DNA from: Octopus bimaculoides
Taxonomy: Eukaryota
Direction: 5' to 3'
Assembly: GCF_001194135.2 (NCBI RefSeq)
Contig: NC_068987.1
Coordinates: 62,141,448 to 62,205,447, forward strand
DNA: 64,000 nt
Part shown: one piece after another, positions 1 through 12,305 of the stretch
How positions within the stretch are numbered: position 1 is the stretch's first letter
Layout of the letters: each line of letters opens with the position of its first letter
Position numbers and translations under genes: made by a program
Notes under the pieces: generated by a model
Databases searched by the model: none
Told to the model about the DNA's origin: nothing
The model's input: only the letters and a program-made list of their open reading frames with translations

Positions 1-186
1 GACACGTAAAAGCACCCACTACACTCTCTGAGTGGTTGGCGTTAGGAAGGGCATCCAGCTGTAGAAACTCTGCCAAATCAGACTGGAGCCTGATGTTGCC
101 ATCCGGTTTCACCAGTCCTCAGTCAAATCGTCCAACCCATGCTAGCATGGAAAGCGGACGTTAAACGATGATGATGATGATGATGC
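1..186 (+). mobile_element. RTE-type LINE 3' end with (GAT)n tail
   Basis: taaaagcacccactacactc...ggaaagcggacgttaaacgatgatgat, nearly identical to 57455-57642 and joined to RT fragments in other copies. Confidence 0.85.
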
Positions 187-587
187 TAAAAAGACTGATG
201 GTATTTTAGTTGGTGCGCTACCAATTTGTTTACTACCATTTGACTATTTATTTCTAAAATAGACACAAAACCACAAATTTAGTGTGTGTGTGTGTATGGA
301 CAATGGTAATAAGTGACTTAGTTCTGGACAGTATAATCCTTGCAATGAAGATGAAGAACTTTCTTCATTAATATCATTGTTTTTAAGAGCAATTTTCTTT
401 TCACACTGGTAGAAGTTATATATACAAAAATATCATTAAGATATATTTTTAGTGAAAATAAAACAATGAAAATACACCTCTCAACTCTGGTATTTCCTCA
501 AATTAATGCATGTTTACTGTTTACATTTAAGTGCATTCAAACACATCTTTAATACCATCTACACTTTACAATTTTATGATTGTTTAA

Positions 588-1135
588 CCCTTTCATTACC
601 AACCCGGCTGCAGCCAGCCAGAAAACTTTTTGGCTCAAATGACCAACCTGGCCAAGTGAACCCATTGATATTTAAGTGTTAATTTCAGCACAAATCTCAT
701 TAGTACATTTGTGAAAAACATATGATTTCACTTTGTAGATAGTTGAGTTACAGTATCTGACAGTGTTTGATGTGATATCTGAACTCTGCGAATTTTGGGA
801 GATTTTTTTCCATATTTTTTCTTTGGCGATTTTTTTTTCAACTTTTAAAATGGATAACAGTTTCATGCCATCAAGCAGTAATTCTGAATTTGAGGGCTTT
901 TCAATGGAACATATGGAGAAAGCAAGCAAATGTAAGCTTGTTTGAAGCAATCACTGTGGAAACAAAGCGTTACACAGAAAGTAAACAAACCGAGAAAAAA
1001 GATAGCTTTTCTTCAACTGTATTCCAAAAATCACATTAATATGTTGATAAATAAAAAAAAGTTACAGTTGTTTAATGAAACCAGAATTATTTTAGAATTT
1101 AATTGAAAAACATAAGAGGTGTATTTTACTTAGGG
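588..1135. mobile_element. piggyBac-like non-autonomous element
   Basis: TTAA|CCCTTTC at 584-594 and AGGG|TTAA at 1132-1139. The internal ORF fragment ...SSSNSEFEGFS resembles an acidic transposase N-terminus. Confidence 0.55.
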
Positions 1136-2244
1136 TTAAAGCATTCACTTTTCTATGCTGATTTAGAGTGAGTGATTCTGAAATTCACCATATCATCACT
1201 CATCATGGTCTATATAGCCCAGCATCTTCAGTATTTGAGATGACTTCCATCAACTATTTGTTCATTTTTAAAACCACTTTTCTACGCTAATATGATTTAC
1301 ATATTTACATTGAAGCATCATTTACAGATGGGTGCCCATTCTGTTGCTAACCCTTGCCTATTTTTCAAGTAAGGAATCACTTATTTTACATGTCATCAAA
1401 GGTAGATGAATTGATATAAAGTGGCAACAACAACACTGCTCAAGTGAGTGATTTTCATAGATTCATAGATGCAAATATATTTAAACACAATTATCTACTC
1501 TGAAAGTTTTTAACAGTCATGCTATAAACTGAAGGCTTCCATTTACATGAATAACTGGCCTATATTACACAAGACATTATTGATGATGGGTAGTCTTCAT
1601 AGCTTTGCTTGAGCAGACTGAGACATACAACAATTTGATTAAATATTTAGAAGACAGCCACCCATAAAGTTTCTTGGACACACCAAGCTGCAAATTATTC
1701 TAAGACAACGTTGCACACTAATGTAAAAGTTACCCTCCAGGGACAAGTCTGGGCAAGGTTGTTTTATGGAAGACCAGCAGTCACCCATGCATACCAGCCT
1801 TCCCTCTCCATGCCACTGATGTTATCCAAGGAAAAAGCAAAGGCTGATACAGCTTGGCACCAGCAATATCACAACTCATTTCTACAACAGAATGAACTGG
1901 TGCAACGTGAAATAAAGCATCTTGCTCAAGAACACAAGACATAACCCGGTCCGGGAAATGAACTCACTACCTCATGATTGAGTCCAATGCTCTAACCACT
2001 AAGCCATGCACCTTCACACACTGATGTACTTATATAATAATGTGAAGTACATTTACTTTATTTTCTTTTATGTGCTAGAATGATTAAAATCTCAGGTAGT
2101 GACAGTTTCATGCCAGACAAAAATGGACACAACCAGAAAACTGGAGATACAAAAGGAACACAATTGAAGCTCTCTATTAAACATAATTTTACAAGACAGC
2201 AGCGAAACAAAAGAAAAACAAATATGAAACAGAAAGTCTCTTAC

Positions 2245-2299
2245 GTGTCACTCTGTGTTGCATCTTCTTCAGGATATTCATTATCAACATCAAATTTCA
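2245..2299 (-). CDS. EXD1: EXD1-like coding exon 3 (acidic linker); later exons not resolved
   Basis: ctttttcag acceptor and GTAAGA donor, 55 bp, phase 1 to 2. Encodes (L)KFDVDNEYPEEDATQSD(T) in frame with exon 2. Confidence 0.6.
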
Positions 2300-2959
2300 C
2301 TGAAAAAGTTATACAATATAAAAACCAGATGTAACATGAAATCTGTTTGATAAATATGAGAAAATATCTTAGTTTTAAAGCAATGTCTGGAAGTATATGA
2401 CGGCTATAAAATGGAAACAAAACCCTAGTTTTTATCATTGAGACATTTAACTCACTCACTCACTCCACGTATCTTTACTCCTGGTTGCAGTCATTACGCT
2501 AGGGAACAATGTAACATGAAAACATGCTCTGACACAACCTGTACTCAAGAAGTTCAGTGGTGAACAAACAATGTAGGTTTATAAGACATTCTATTAACTG
2601 GAGGAACACTACAAAGTTCTTCCTCATTCTAATATGTATATTTATATATATAGGCACAGGCGTGGTTGTGTAGTAAGAAGCTTGCTTCCCAACCACATGG
2701 TTCCAGGTTCAGTCACACTGCTTGGCACCTTGGGAAGTGTCTTCTACTAAAGCCTTGTGAGTGGTTTTGGTAGACAGAAACTGGAAGAAGCCCATCATAT
2801 ATTAATGCGTGTCTTTGTGTCAGTGTTTGTCCCACACCACTGCTTGACAACTGATGTTGGTATGTTTACATCCCAAGCCATTTTGGTTGTTTTTATAAAT
2901 TCCTGGCAAACAATAAGTCATGGGTTTTGAGTTTGAAATGAAAACAAAAAAATACTTAC

Positions 2960-3028
2960 ATTCCAAAATTTCTACAACATAGAAATGGCGAGGTCCAGGA
3001 TATTTTCTGCCATTAACAGGGTCACATA
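2960..3028 (-). CDS. EXD1: EXD1-like coding exon 2
   Basis: tttcgtttctttttcag acceptor and GTAAGT donor, 69 bp, phase 1 to 1. Encodes (V)CDPVNGRKYPGPRHFYVVEILE, matching the EXD1-type 'V...ETGR..PG...F...EI..V' end of the Lsm fold. Confidence 0.7.
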
Positions 3029-4528
3029 CTGAAAAAGAAACGAAAATGCATAAATTATAGTAATCATTTTTAAAAGTTTTACCTTTGAATGAACATTACC
3101 CAATTTGCAATTAGTTTCTTCAGGATCCTATGTGTAAGATTGAGAATGAAATTCTGGTTTCAATCATGGGCCTCCATTGACTCATCCTGCCAGAAAGAAG
3201 TTCATAACTATCTTGTGCCTTGAGAGCACAAAATAGTGCAACAATAAGGTAACAGACAACCAACCAAGGGACCAGTAACTCAAAACACCAGTCACAAGCA
3301 CTTGTAGGAGATATACAGTAGATTCATGACTAAGGATCGAAACCTCAGTCTTCACGCTCATTTCTATTGTTTTCGAATTGTGCACTTATAATTCTTTTGT
3401 TTAACCTGTCAGATTCACCATTATCAATCCACAATGTCCAGTCCTTGTTGAGGTATGGTGACTTGTGTACTTTAATGATCCAGAAAGCAATGCCAGCAGA
3501 ACCTAAGCTCCAAGTAGGGTTTCTCATGTTGGACAGGTCAAAGGATAGAGGCCAGACAAATATGGACCATCACAGCCTAAAAATAAAAATGGGTTTGCGT
3601 GGGGCCAACACCTCCTACATAGAAAAAAAGCTTAGTTATAAAAGCATCGGTAGCAATTCAAAACCAACAAGAATTAGGAGAGGAAGGCCTCTCATTTATC
3701 AGTACTGAGATAGAGATCCAACTCGAGAGAAAGAGAAAAGATAACCTAAAGTCGTGAACAGTATGGAAAAGTCCTCGACGACCTATATTCCATGGGGAAT
3801 GAAAGAGCTTAAGTATAAAGTCTTTCCCAACTTAATGCCAATAAATTATTGCATGGATCTAAGTACTTAAGGAATCGAAAGTACAAGTTTTTAAAAGTTT
3901 TACCTTTGAATAAATATTACACAATTTGCTATTAGTTTATTTAGGATTCTATGATCTTAAGATTGAGAATGAAATTCTGGCTTCAACGATGGTCCTCAAT
4001 TGACTCATCCTGCCAGAAAGAAGTTCATAACAACTATCTTGCCAGTGCAGAAAATCTGTAATACATATATATATATACGATCTTTCATCAAATATTTCAC
4101 TACATCCGTAAATTATCTACTTGTCACAACTTCCAGTCATATCATGTGTTACACACATTGCGATGTATCCATCACTGAACATGCTTTGCACGTATTTCAG
4201 TGTTAAAATAGAAATAACATATAATTTTGTGTTCCAATATAGTCACAAGGCCTCAGAGAATGTTTATTTCAATTTCAATTATATAGACTAATGCTAGACC
4301 TCGGTGGTATCTTATTACAGGACGTAATAGGTCGAAACTAAATATCGCAAAGCATTTTAAATGACATAAATCTAAAGCTTCCGGTTAGAAAATAACTAAA
4401 ACTAAATCAAACAAGAAAATAACATTCAAATGATGCTTGAGAAAATATAAATTTATACTTTAAACGTATGCTTAAGCAAAATATCCAAAATATTCTCAGA
4501 CGAAGAGCAAAGAATAAGGAAATCTTAC

Positions 4529-4643
4529 CATCTCGAAGAGTTATTCGCCGACTAACACTATCTAAACGACTAATAATGCCATGATAAGTTCCCTCTCGAA
4601 GCACCACTGTTACAGACCGACCCAAACATTTTTCGGGATTCAT
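4529..4643 (-). CDS. EXD1: First coding exon of an Lsm/Sm-fold protein, probably EXD1 (piRNA biogenesis factor)
   Basis: ATG at 4643 gives MNPEKCLGRSVTVVLREGTYHGIISRLDSVSRRITLRD+G, then a GTAAGA donor. It resembles the EXD1 N-terminal Lsm-like domain (V.L.L..G.F.G.L..VD) as recalled. There is an AG acceptor at 4666-4665 and an upstream non-coding donor (AAG|GTAAGG) at 4795/4794. EDC3 or another Lsm protein is not excluded. Confidence 0.6.
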
Positions 4644-5639
4644 AATCAGTAAATTAATCAAAAACTGTTCATAAATTAAGTCTTTTAAAGTATCGATATA
4701 GGTCTTCGTGGAAAATGGTGTTATATCAAACAGGAAGCGCGAATATACTTAAGAACAGACAACTCATACTTTTCTTAGTGGCTATCTCCCTTACCTTTAA
4801 ATTTCGTTTCTATTTCTTAATAAAGTGAAAGCGTCGCAAACCGCATCGTAAACTATTATGGAACAGATATAGCCACAGAGAAGGAAAAAAAAAACCCCCA
4901 AAAAGCAAAAAATCAGAATTTTAGCTTACGAAAGAAGCCAGAGAAAAAACGTTCATGTTTCATTAAAATATCATAAATTATACTTGAGATAATTAATCAA
5001 ATAATATTTTAAGTCGTTTATTATCTGGTTGTACATAACTTGTACACATTGACTTTACACGCGTGAAAAAATTACTCAACTCGAGTTCTTTTAATTAGCA
5101 ACAAAGAGCTTTTTTGGTGTACCACTCATGGGCAACTGCTGGTCTTCCATAAATAACCTTGCCTGGACTTGTGCCCCAGGGGGTAACTTTCTAGGTGCAA
5201 TCCCATGGTCCTTCATGACTGAAGGGGTCTTTAACTTTTACTCTAACCCAACCCACTAAGCAAATATAATTATTATCAAACATTTATTTCAGTTTACTGT
5301 TTTTCACAAATTACATGGCTAATACAGGTACAATATTAATTTTGCAGAACATTTTGTTCCAAAGCATTTCCCATCAGGGGTGGTCACGTTGGTCAACACA
5401 CTCTAAATTAAATGAATATAAAATGTACTTAAATAATTAGGTGCAGGCGTGGCTGTGTGGTAAGAAGCTTGCTTCTGAACCACACGGTTTCAGGTTCAGT
5501 CCCACTGTGCAGCACGTTGGGCAAGTGTCTTTTGCTATAGCATTGGGCCAACCAAAGCCTTTTGAGTGGATTTGGTAGGAGGAAACTGAAAGTCCTAGTA
5601 AGTTGGAAAACAGACGCATCACAAGTCCCTTCCAGGGGA

Positions 5640-6735
5640 TGACCTTGCTTGATATGTAAGAAGGGTGTTATTAGAAACTCCATATCTTGTGCCAAATGCA
5701 AGATTTGGACACATAAGAAGTGTACTGGCATCAAAAGAAGGTTAACAGAGCATATAGTCTTTGTGTGTGGCAAATGTGCAGGTACAATACGCTCTAAAAA
5801 TATGCAGATGATAGGCTCTCTCAAATACTCGGGGTGGGAGGGGGTCATCAGAGGTAGTAGATAACTTCTGTTACCTAGGAGACCAAGTTAGCAATGGCGG
5901 AGGAAGTGCTGAAAGTGTAGCTGCTGAGATAAGAGTGGGGTGGGTGAAGTTCAGAGAGCTTCTACCTTTGTTAGTAACTAAGGGCCACTCCCTCAGAGTG
6001 AAAGGCAGATTGTATGATGCCTGTGTATGTACAGCTATGTTACATGGCAGTGAAGCCTGGACTTAGACTGAGGACCTGTGAAAGCTTGAAAGAAATTAAG
6101 CTAGCATGCTCCGCTGGTTGAGTAATGTCAGTGTGCACATACAACAGAGTGTAAATGATTTAAGAGGAAATCTGGGTGTAAGAGGCATCAGATGTGTATG
6201 CAAGAGAGAAGACTGCACTGGTTTGGTCATATGATGCATATGGATGAGGACATCCGCATAAAGAAGTGCCAAGCTTTAATCGTGGAGGGTACCTGTGGAA
6301 AGGGTAGACTCAGGAACATGTGAGATGAAGTGGTGAGAAAGGATCTTTGGACACTGGGCCTCACTGAGAAAATGACAAGGGACCAGATGTGGTGATTTGC
6401 TGTACTTGATAAGACACATTAAGTTAAGTAAAATCACTGTCTTCTACACTTACTGGCTTGTCCTTCAGGTGCCTGTGCCTCTTAAAAAGCACCCATACCA
6501 GTGCTGTGTTAACACACCTGTGCTGGTGCTACATAAACACACCCACACTGGTGGCAAGTAAAAAGCACCCAGCACACTCTATTAGGTGGTTGGCATTGGG
6601 AAGGGCATTCGGTCATAGAAACCATGCCACAACAAACAGTTGGAGACTGGATGGCTTCCTGCTAGCCAGCTCCATGTCAGACTGTCCAACACATGCCAGC
6701 ATAGAAAGAGGACGCTAAAAGATGATGATGATGAT
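5640..6735 (+). mobile_element. 5'-truncated, decayed RTE LINE (RT C-terminus plus 3' UTR and GAT tail)
   Basis: Fragments KGVIRNSISCAKCKIWTHKKCTGI, DNFCYLGD, GWVKFRELLPLL, KGRLYDACV, RRLHWFGH with stops and frameshifts. Ends in (GAT)n at about 6720-6735. Confidence 0.9.
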
Positions 6736-6785
6736 AGCATGTTTGTGAATGTTTACGTAATCCAAGTAATACTAAACATCGGACC

Positions 6786-8440
6786 TCGGATACATCATCA
6801 TCATCATCGTTTAATATCTGTTTTCCATGCTGGCTTAGGCTGGATGGTTTGACTGAGGTCTGGAGAGCCAGTGGCAGCACCAAGCTCCAATCTGATCTGG
6901 CAATGTTTCTCCAGCTGGATGCCCTTCCTAACACCAACCACTCCAAGAGTGTAGTGGGTGCTTTTTATGTGCTACTGGCACAGGAGCCAGTCAGGCAGTC
7001 CTAGCATCGATCATGTTTGGATAGTGCTTATTACATGCCACCTTCATGAGAGCTAGTTAGTGGGTACTGGCATCGGCCATGTTCAAATGGCGCTTTTTAT
7101 GTGCCGCCGGCATGGAAGCCAGTCAAGCAGTCCTGGCATCAATCATGTTTAGATAATGCTTTTTACGTGCCACCAGCACAGGAGCCAGTTAGTGGGTACT
7201 GGCATCGGCCATGTTTGGATGGTGCTTTTTACATGCCACCAGCACAGGAGCCAGTCAGGCGGACCTGGCATTGACTACGTTCGGATGATTCATTTTATGT
7301 GCCACCGGAATGGGAGCCAGTCAGGGGGCACTAGCCACAGCTACAATTTTGGTTTTACTTGACTCAACAAGTCTTCTCAAGCATATCATATCGCCTGACG
7401 CATCAAGGGTACTCTTAAATGAGCCAGACATGCAGCACTGGCATCGGCCTTGGTGGCGGTCTCACTTTAGTTGCTAGGTCTTTTCAATCACAGCAGATCT
7501 CCAAAGGTCTCAGTCTCCCGTCATTGCTTCCGTGAGGCCCAATGTTTGAAGGTCATGCTTCACCACCTTATCCCATGTCTTCCTGGGTCTACCTCTTCCA
7601 CAGGTTCCTTCCAGTTAGGGTGTGGCACTTCCTCACACAGCTGTACTCATCCATACATAACACATGACTATACCAGCACAGTTGTCTCTTTTGCACATCA
7701 CATTTGATGCTTCTTATGTCCAACTCTCAGGGTGCTTACACTCTGTCGTGTATGCACACTGACATTACACATCCAGCAGATCATACTAGCTTCATTTCTT
7801 TCAAGCCTATGCATGTCCTCAGCAGTCATGGCCTATATTTCACTGCCGTGTAACATGGCAGTTTGCACACATGCATCATACTGTCTACCTTTCATCCTGA
7901 GTGAGAGGCCCTTAGTTGCCAGCAGAAGCAGGAGCTCCCTGAACTTTGCTCTGGCTATTCTTATTCTAGCCCCTACACTCTCAGAGCAACCACCCCTACT
8001 ACAGACTTAGTTGCCTAGGTAGTAGAAACTATCAACTACTTCTAGTTTTCCCCCTTGCATGTGATGGAATCTGTTTTCATTACATCTGCCACACACAAAT
8101 CTATCTTTCTGGTTAACCTTCCTTTGATATTGCTGCAAATTTTATGTGTCCATAGCTTACACCGGGTACATCGTATCGAGTTTCTACCCTTGCCTTTTCT
8201 ACAGATTGAGCTGGGGTTTGTGATTTGTCAGCCTTCCTACTTACTAAGACTTTGGTTTTTGTTAGGTTAACCCTAAGGCCCTTCGATTCTAGACCTTGCT
8301 TCCGCACCCTAAACGTCATCTCTAGTTCTGGCAGTGACTCAGCTATTAGAGCATGGTCATCCACTCATAGTGGACCCATATCCGCCTTTGTGGATAAAGT
8401 GGGTGCTGGCAATATACAAACCATGTTCTTTATAGAGTTC
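6786..8440 (-). mobile_element. Decayed RTE LINE in reverse orientation, with a 66-bp array in the 3' UTR
   Basis: (CAT)n tail at 6793. Minus-strand fragment DDHALIAESLPELEMTFRVRKQGLESKGLRVNLTKTKVLVS (RT domain 5-6 region). Confidence 0.9.
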
Positions 8441-10399
8441 TAGCAATATGAGATCATTGTTATTCAACTTTACCATATCAGTACACTCAAGTGAGTTCCA
8501 CAGATGTCAGTCTCTTCCAGTCCTGGCATTGAAGCTCTTCCATTAAGATGATGACTTTGCATGACTTGGGGAATTTTTCTCAGTACAGCTTTCGTCTGGG
8601 CATAGAATGTGCTTTTGTCTTCATCAAAGCTGGGAACTTAGGTACATCTCAGAAGGGTGTATCACCCACTTTTCATGTGCAGATGCAGAGCCACCAATCA
8701 TTTGTTTATAGGGATTGGAAATTTCTTAACCATTTAGCATTCAGACTACTTCGCCAAATAGAGTGCTTATTTATTCCTGTTGTTTTGAATTAAACATACG
8801 TTATCTCATAAACATTGATACTTTGATATGATTGTTTATTTTTAGAATGATATTGTAGGGTATGGACAAAAGAATGAATCTGGTTAGTTTGAACATAAAA
8901 CAGGTGGAATAATTGGACCAGATATTATTTTTCACTGCTTTTACAGATTCCCATGACTCTCCGTCTTCATCTGGTTCCATTATTATAAATTTGAATTGGG
9001 AGTTTGAATCATAGTGAATTTTTCATTAACTGATTACACAGCCATGGATGCCACCCCTAATGGATGCATCACAGTTACTCTCTTGATAGAGCTTGGTGAT
9101 CCTGACCATTGATCTTTTAGGATTCCTCTGCTCAGCATCAATGTAAAAATCACTGTTGGCTCAGTTAGGCTCTTTTATTTCCTCTTCACAATCTACCATA
9201 CTGCTGTCTCGTGACTTTGCTGTATCTCTCACAGGGTGGCTGAACAGGTGCTATGCCTTGCAAAAGGGCAGTCCATTACTATGCAGGGCATAGTCGTCAC
9301 TCTGTGATATTTTTGAAATACCCACATACCCAGATATAGCCTGTCCAAATACTAAGGGAAAAAACATTTTTGACTGTAAAATCAATACCATCTTGCCTGT
9401 ACCCATCTTTCAATTTTCCTTTCAAGCAAAAAACAAAAAAACAAGTAACTTCCATGCCTCACCTCACTGAGTCAACCATCATGTTGAGTGTCTGGGAGAG
9501 TGGCAATGCTAATGTTATGCTGACTCAGTTTGTATGTTCTAACATAAATAATTCATATTCCAACAAAACGTGTTTCTTTGAGTATCCAATGGATATCTGT
9601 CACACACAAAACTGATGTTTTTACATTTCCATGCTTACAACCATTATTAACACCAAATATCTTGACTCTGATTGTCTCTGGATCATACCAACATGATGAA
9701 AATGAACTATGAGGTGTTATATAAGCCTAACTGGAGCTAAACCTCTCTATAGACATCAGCATAGTTGATACACACATACATAAACGTGTGCAATACACAC
9801 GTAAAATGTACCTAAATACCTATACATTTTCAATAATCTGGGTGACCAACTGAAGCAGTAACAGTGCATTTATAGGCACTTAAGATATTTATAGTTGAAG
9901 TGAGGAATCAGACGGAATGATAAACTAGGAAGTATGAAGGACAAAATCTAACAAGACTGAAGATAATAGTTTATGAATATTTATGAATATTTATTTATAT
10001 GTTCCTATTTCATTTCATACATAATTTGAATGCAAAAATGTATAAGTAGTAAATGTGTGTTCAAGGGTGGGATGGCAATGGGATTATGTTACATCATCAT
10101 CATTATCCTTAGAGAAACTAGCCATGAATGTCAAATGTGTAGTGTGGTGTTAGTGATAAATAAATCTCATTGATTTAAAGATTTAGACTTTTCTATTTAG
10201 CTTGATAAGCTTTGTGGTATTTTTGAATCAAAACTCTTTACTTCTTTTACATTTATGTGTGTTGTTAAATGTTGATGTTGCTTCTGTTGTTATTTTCACC
10301 TCTTCTGCTGACATTGACTAACGAATTCAGGAAGATTATGCTGTGTGTTCCACCCTGACGCTAATTCAATTTTTCTTTTCTTTTTCTTCCTACAAGGAA

Positions 10400-10489
10400 A
10401 TGAGCAGATTATCTCACAAATATCTAAACAGGGTCGGCTTTGTGACTGTGCGTGGAGTTATATCCAAATCTATAATCTTGCTAAAATCG
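10400..10489 (+). CDS. Putative first coding exon of a 4-TM PY-motif protein (LAPTM/DUF4728-like)
   Basis: Strong polypyrimidine acceptor ending at 10396, ATG at 10400, MSRLSHKYLNRVGFVTVRGVISKSIILLKS, then G|GTGAAA donor in phase 0. An alternative reading exists (see findings). Confidence 0.5.
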
Positions 10490-10985
10490 GTGAAAATTGT
10501 TATTTTTTTTACCTTCTTGTTCCTCCTTCTCTCTTTCATCTCATTACCCTCTTCTTTTGTTTTTCTCTTTCTTTCTTATGTTTACTTTGATCCCCCCCTC
10601 TCTCTCTTTCTCTCTCTCTCTATCTATCTTTCTCTCTCTCTTTCTCTCTCTCCCTTTATTTATCACTAATTTCTATCTCACTCTCACTTGTTTTCCAGCC
10701 AGAAATGTATAGGTATTCAGCTTGTGTTTTAGTATACAACAAGCTGTCATCAGAAGTGGAGCATACTTAACTATTTTCGTTTTTCTTCTTTGGCCATTCC
10801 ATTCTTCCTTTCTCAGTTTCATAGATATTTGGCAGGATGGCTGGCATTAACATCTCTAAGTTTATGAAGAGTCAAAAGAAAAAAAGTTTTGCTGCCTTAA
10901 CAGTCACCATAGTAAGTCTTCTAAAACTGAATTCATAAAGTATTTTCTCTCTTACACTTTCTGCCTTTACCAGTATATACATGCC

Positions 10986-11045
<60 letters not shown>

Positions 11046-11507
11046 CATACACGCATTCACACATATTATATATATATATACACACCCACATACAAACACA
11101 CACATACGCACATTATATACACATAAACACAAACATGTGCTCTAACATTCATGTCTGTATATCTGCTTTTTAGTATATGTTTATATGATTCTTTCAGTGG
11201 TTGTTTGCATGTGTATGTATCTTTCAGAGAGGGAGGAGAATGCTTGTTTTTGTATATATGTGTGTTTATTGCTGTTGAGGTAGGATGTAATTGGAGGAAG
11301 ATTATTTTTAGCAGTTATTTCTAGCAAGTCAATTGACCATGTTGAGAGTCCTTCTCCACTGGAGAACTCTTGTTTTTCATTAATTTCAGTGATTGTGAAT
11401 AAATTTGTGAATGTATTCATCTATGTCATAGTTTATTAATTTATAGCAACATAGGGAATTGCTATAACTTGATAATCTTCAGATTATCAAGTTATGAACT
11501 TCTTTAA

Positions 11508-11726
11508 CCCTTTAGCATTTAAGCCAGCCATATCTGGCCCAAACATGTTACTTGTTTTATGTTCTAGCCAGCCAGATCCAGCCTATCACACTTACCCTTC
11601 AATGACATTATAACATATACAATTACACTATCATAATTTCGAAGATATGAGATCATGCATGATTAATTAAAAACAATGTGAATGAAAAGGCATTACATTT
11701 GACAGAATAATCCGAATGCTGAAGGG
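11508..11726. mobile_element. ~220-bp piggyBac-type MITE with TTAA TSD; other copies ~8730-8930, 18930-19155, 19236-19436, 19440-19660, 54918-55145, 60525-60716
   Basis: TTAA|CCCTTTAGCATT ... AATGCTGAAGGG|TTAA, with the internal sequence shared among the copies. Confidence 0.85.
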
Positions 11727-11812
11727 TTAAAATCCACATTAAGTATATCATACAGACTTTATCAAGCTGATTCAATTATTTTGGAATTATCATGTTTAGT
11801 ATATTATCATGC

Positions 11813-11853
<41 letters not shown>

Positions 11854-11859
11854 TTTTTC

Positions 11860-12288
11860 NNNNNNNNNNNNNNNNNNNNNNNNNNNNNNNNNNNNNNNNN
11901 NNNNNNNNNNNNNNNNNNNNNNNNNNNNNNNNNNNNNNNNNNNNNNNNNNNNNNNNNNNNNNNNNNNNNNNNNNNNNNNNNNNNNNNNNNNNNNNNNNNN
12001 NNNNNNNNNNNNNNNNNNNNNNNNNNNNNNNNNNNNNNNNNNNNNNNNNNNNNNNNNNNNNNNNNNNNNNNNNNNNNNNNNNNNNNNNNNNNNNNNNNNN
12101 NNNNNNNNNNNNNNNNNNNNNNNNNNNNNNNNNNNNNNNNNNNNNNNNNNNNNNNNNNNNNNNNNNNNNNNNNNNNNNNNNNNNNNNNNNNNNNNNNNNN
12201 NNNNNNNNNNNNNNNNNNNNNNNNNNNNNNNNNNNNNNNNNNNNNNNNNNNNNNNNNNNNNNNNNNNNNNNNNNNNNNNNNNNNNNNN
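11860..12288. other. Assembly gap (N run); others at ~13570-14183, 16994-17134, 43252-43261, 46367-46376, 50293-50386
   Basis: Runs of n, mostly bordered by (AT)n or poly-A/T. ORF-track entries spanning them are artefacts. Confidence 1.
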
Positions 12289-12305
12289 TATATATATATA
12301 TATAT

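Noticed and set aside
330-1640. Further EXD1-like exons (e.g. LLKQSYEDYPSSIMSC at ~1620-1570 and CEKKIALKNNDINEE at ~405-320)
   Set aside because: The phases could fit, but the donors are weak and there is no recognisable exonuclease motif, so they are not supportable.
4295-4345. Hairpin followed by GTCGAAAC in the EXD1-like intron
   Set aside because: There is no CUGANGA core upstream of the stem.
5443-5510. tRNA-like heads of SINEs (also 44270-44345 and 54316-54360)
   Set aside because: They have A/B-box remnants only, no cloverleaf, and continue into SINE bodies.
6959-7345. Regularly spaced repeats (also 57255-57470) resembling a CRISPR array
   Set aside because: The whole 66-bp unit is repeated with no unique spacers, it lies inside a LINE 3' UTR in a eukaryote, and there are no cas genes.
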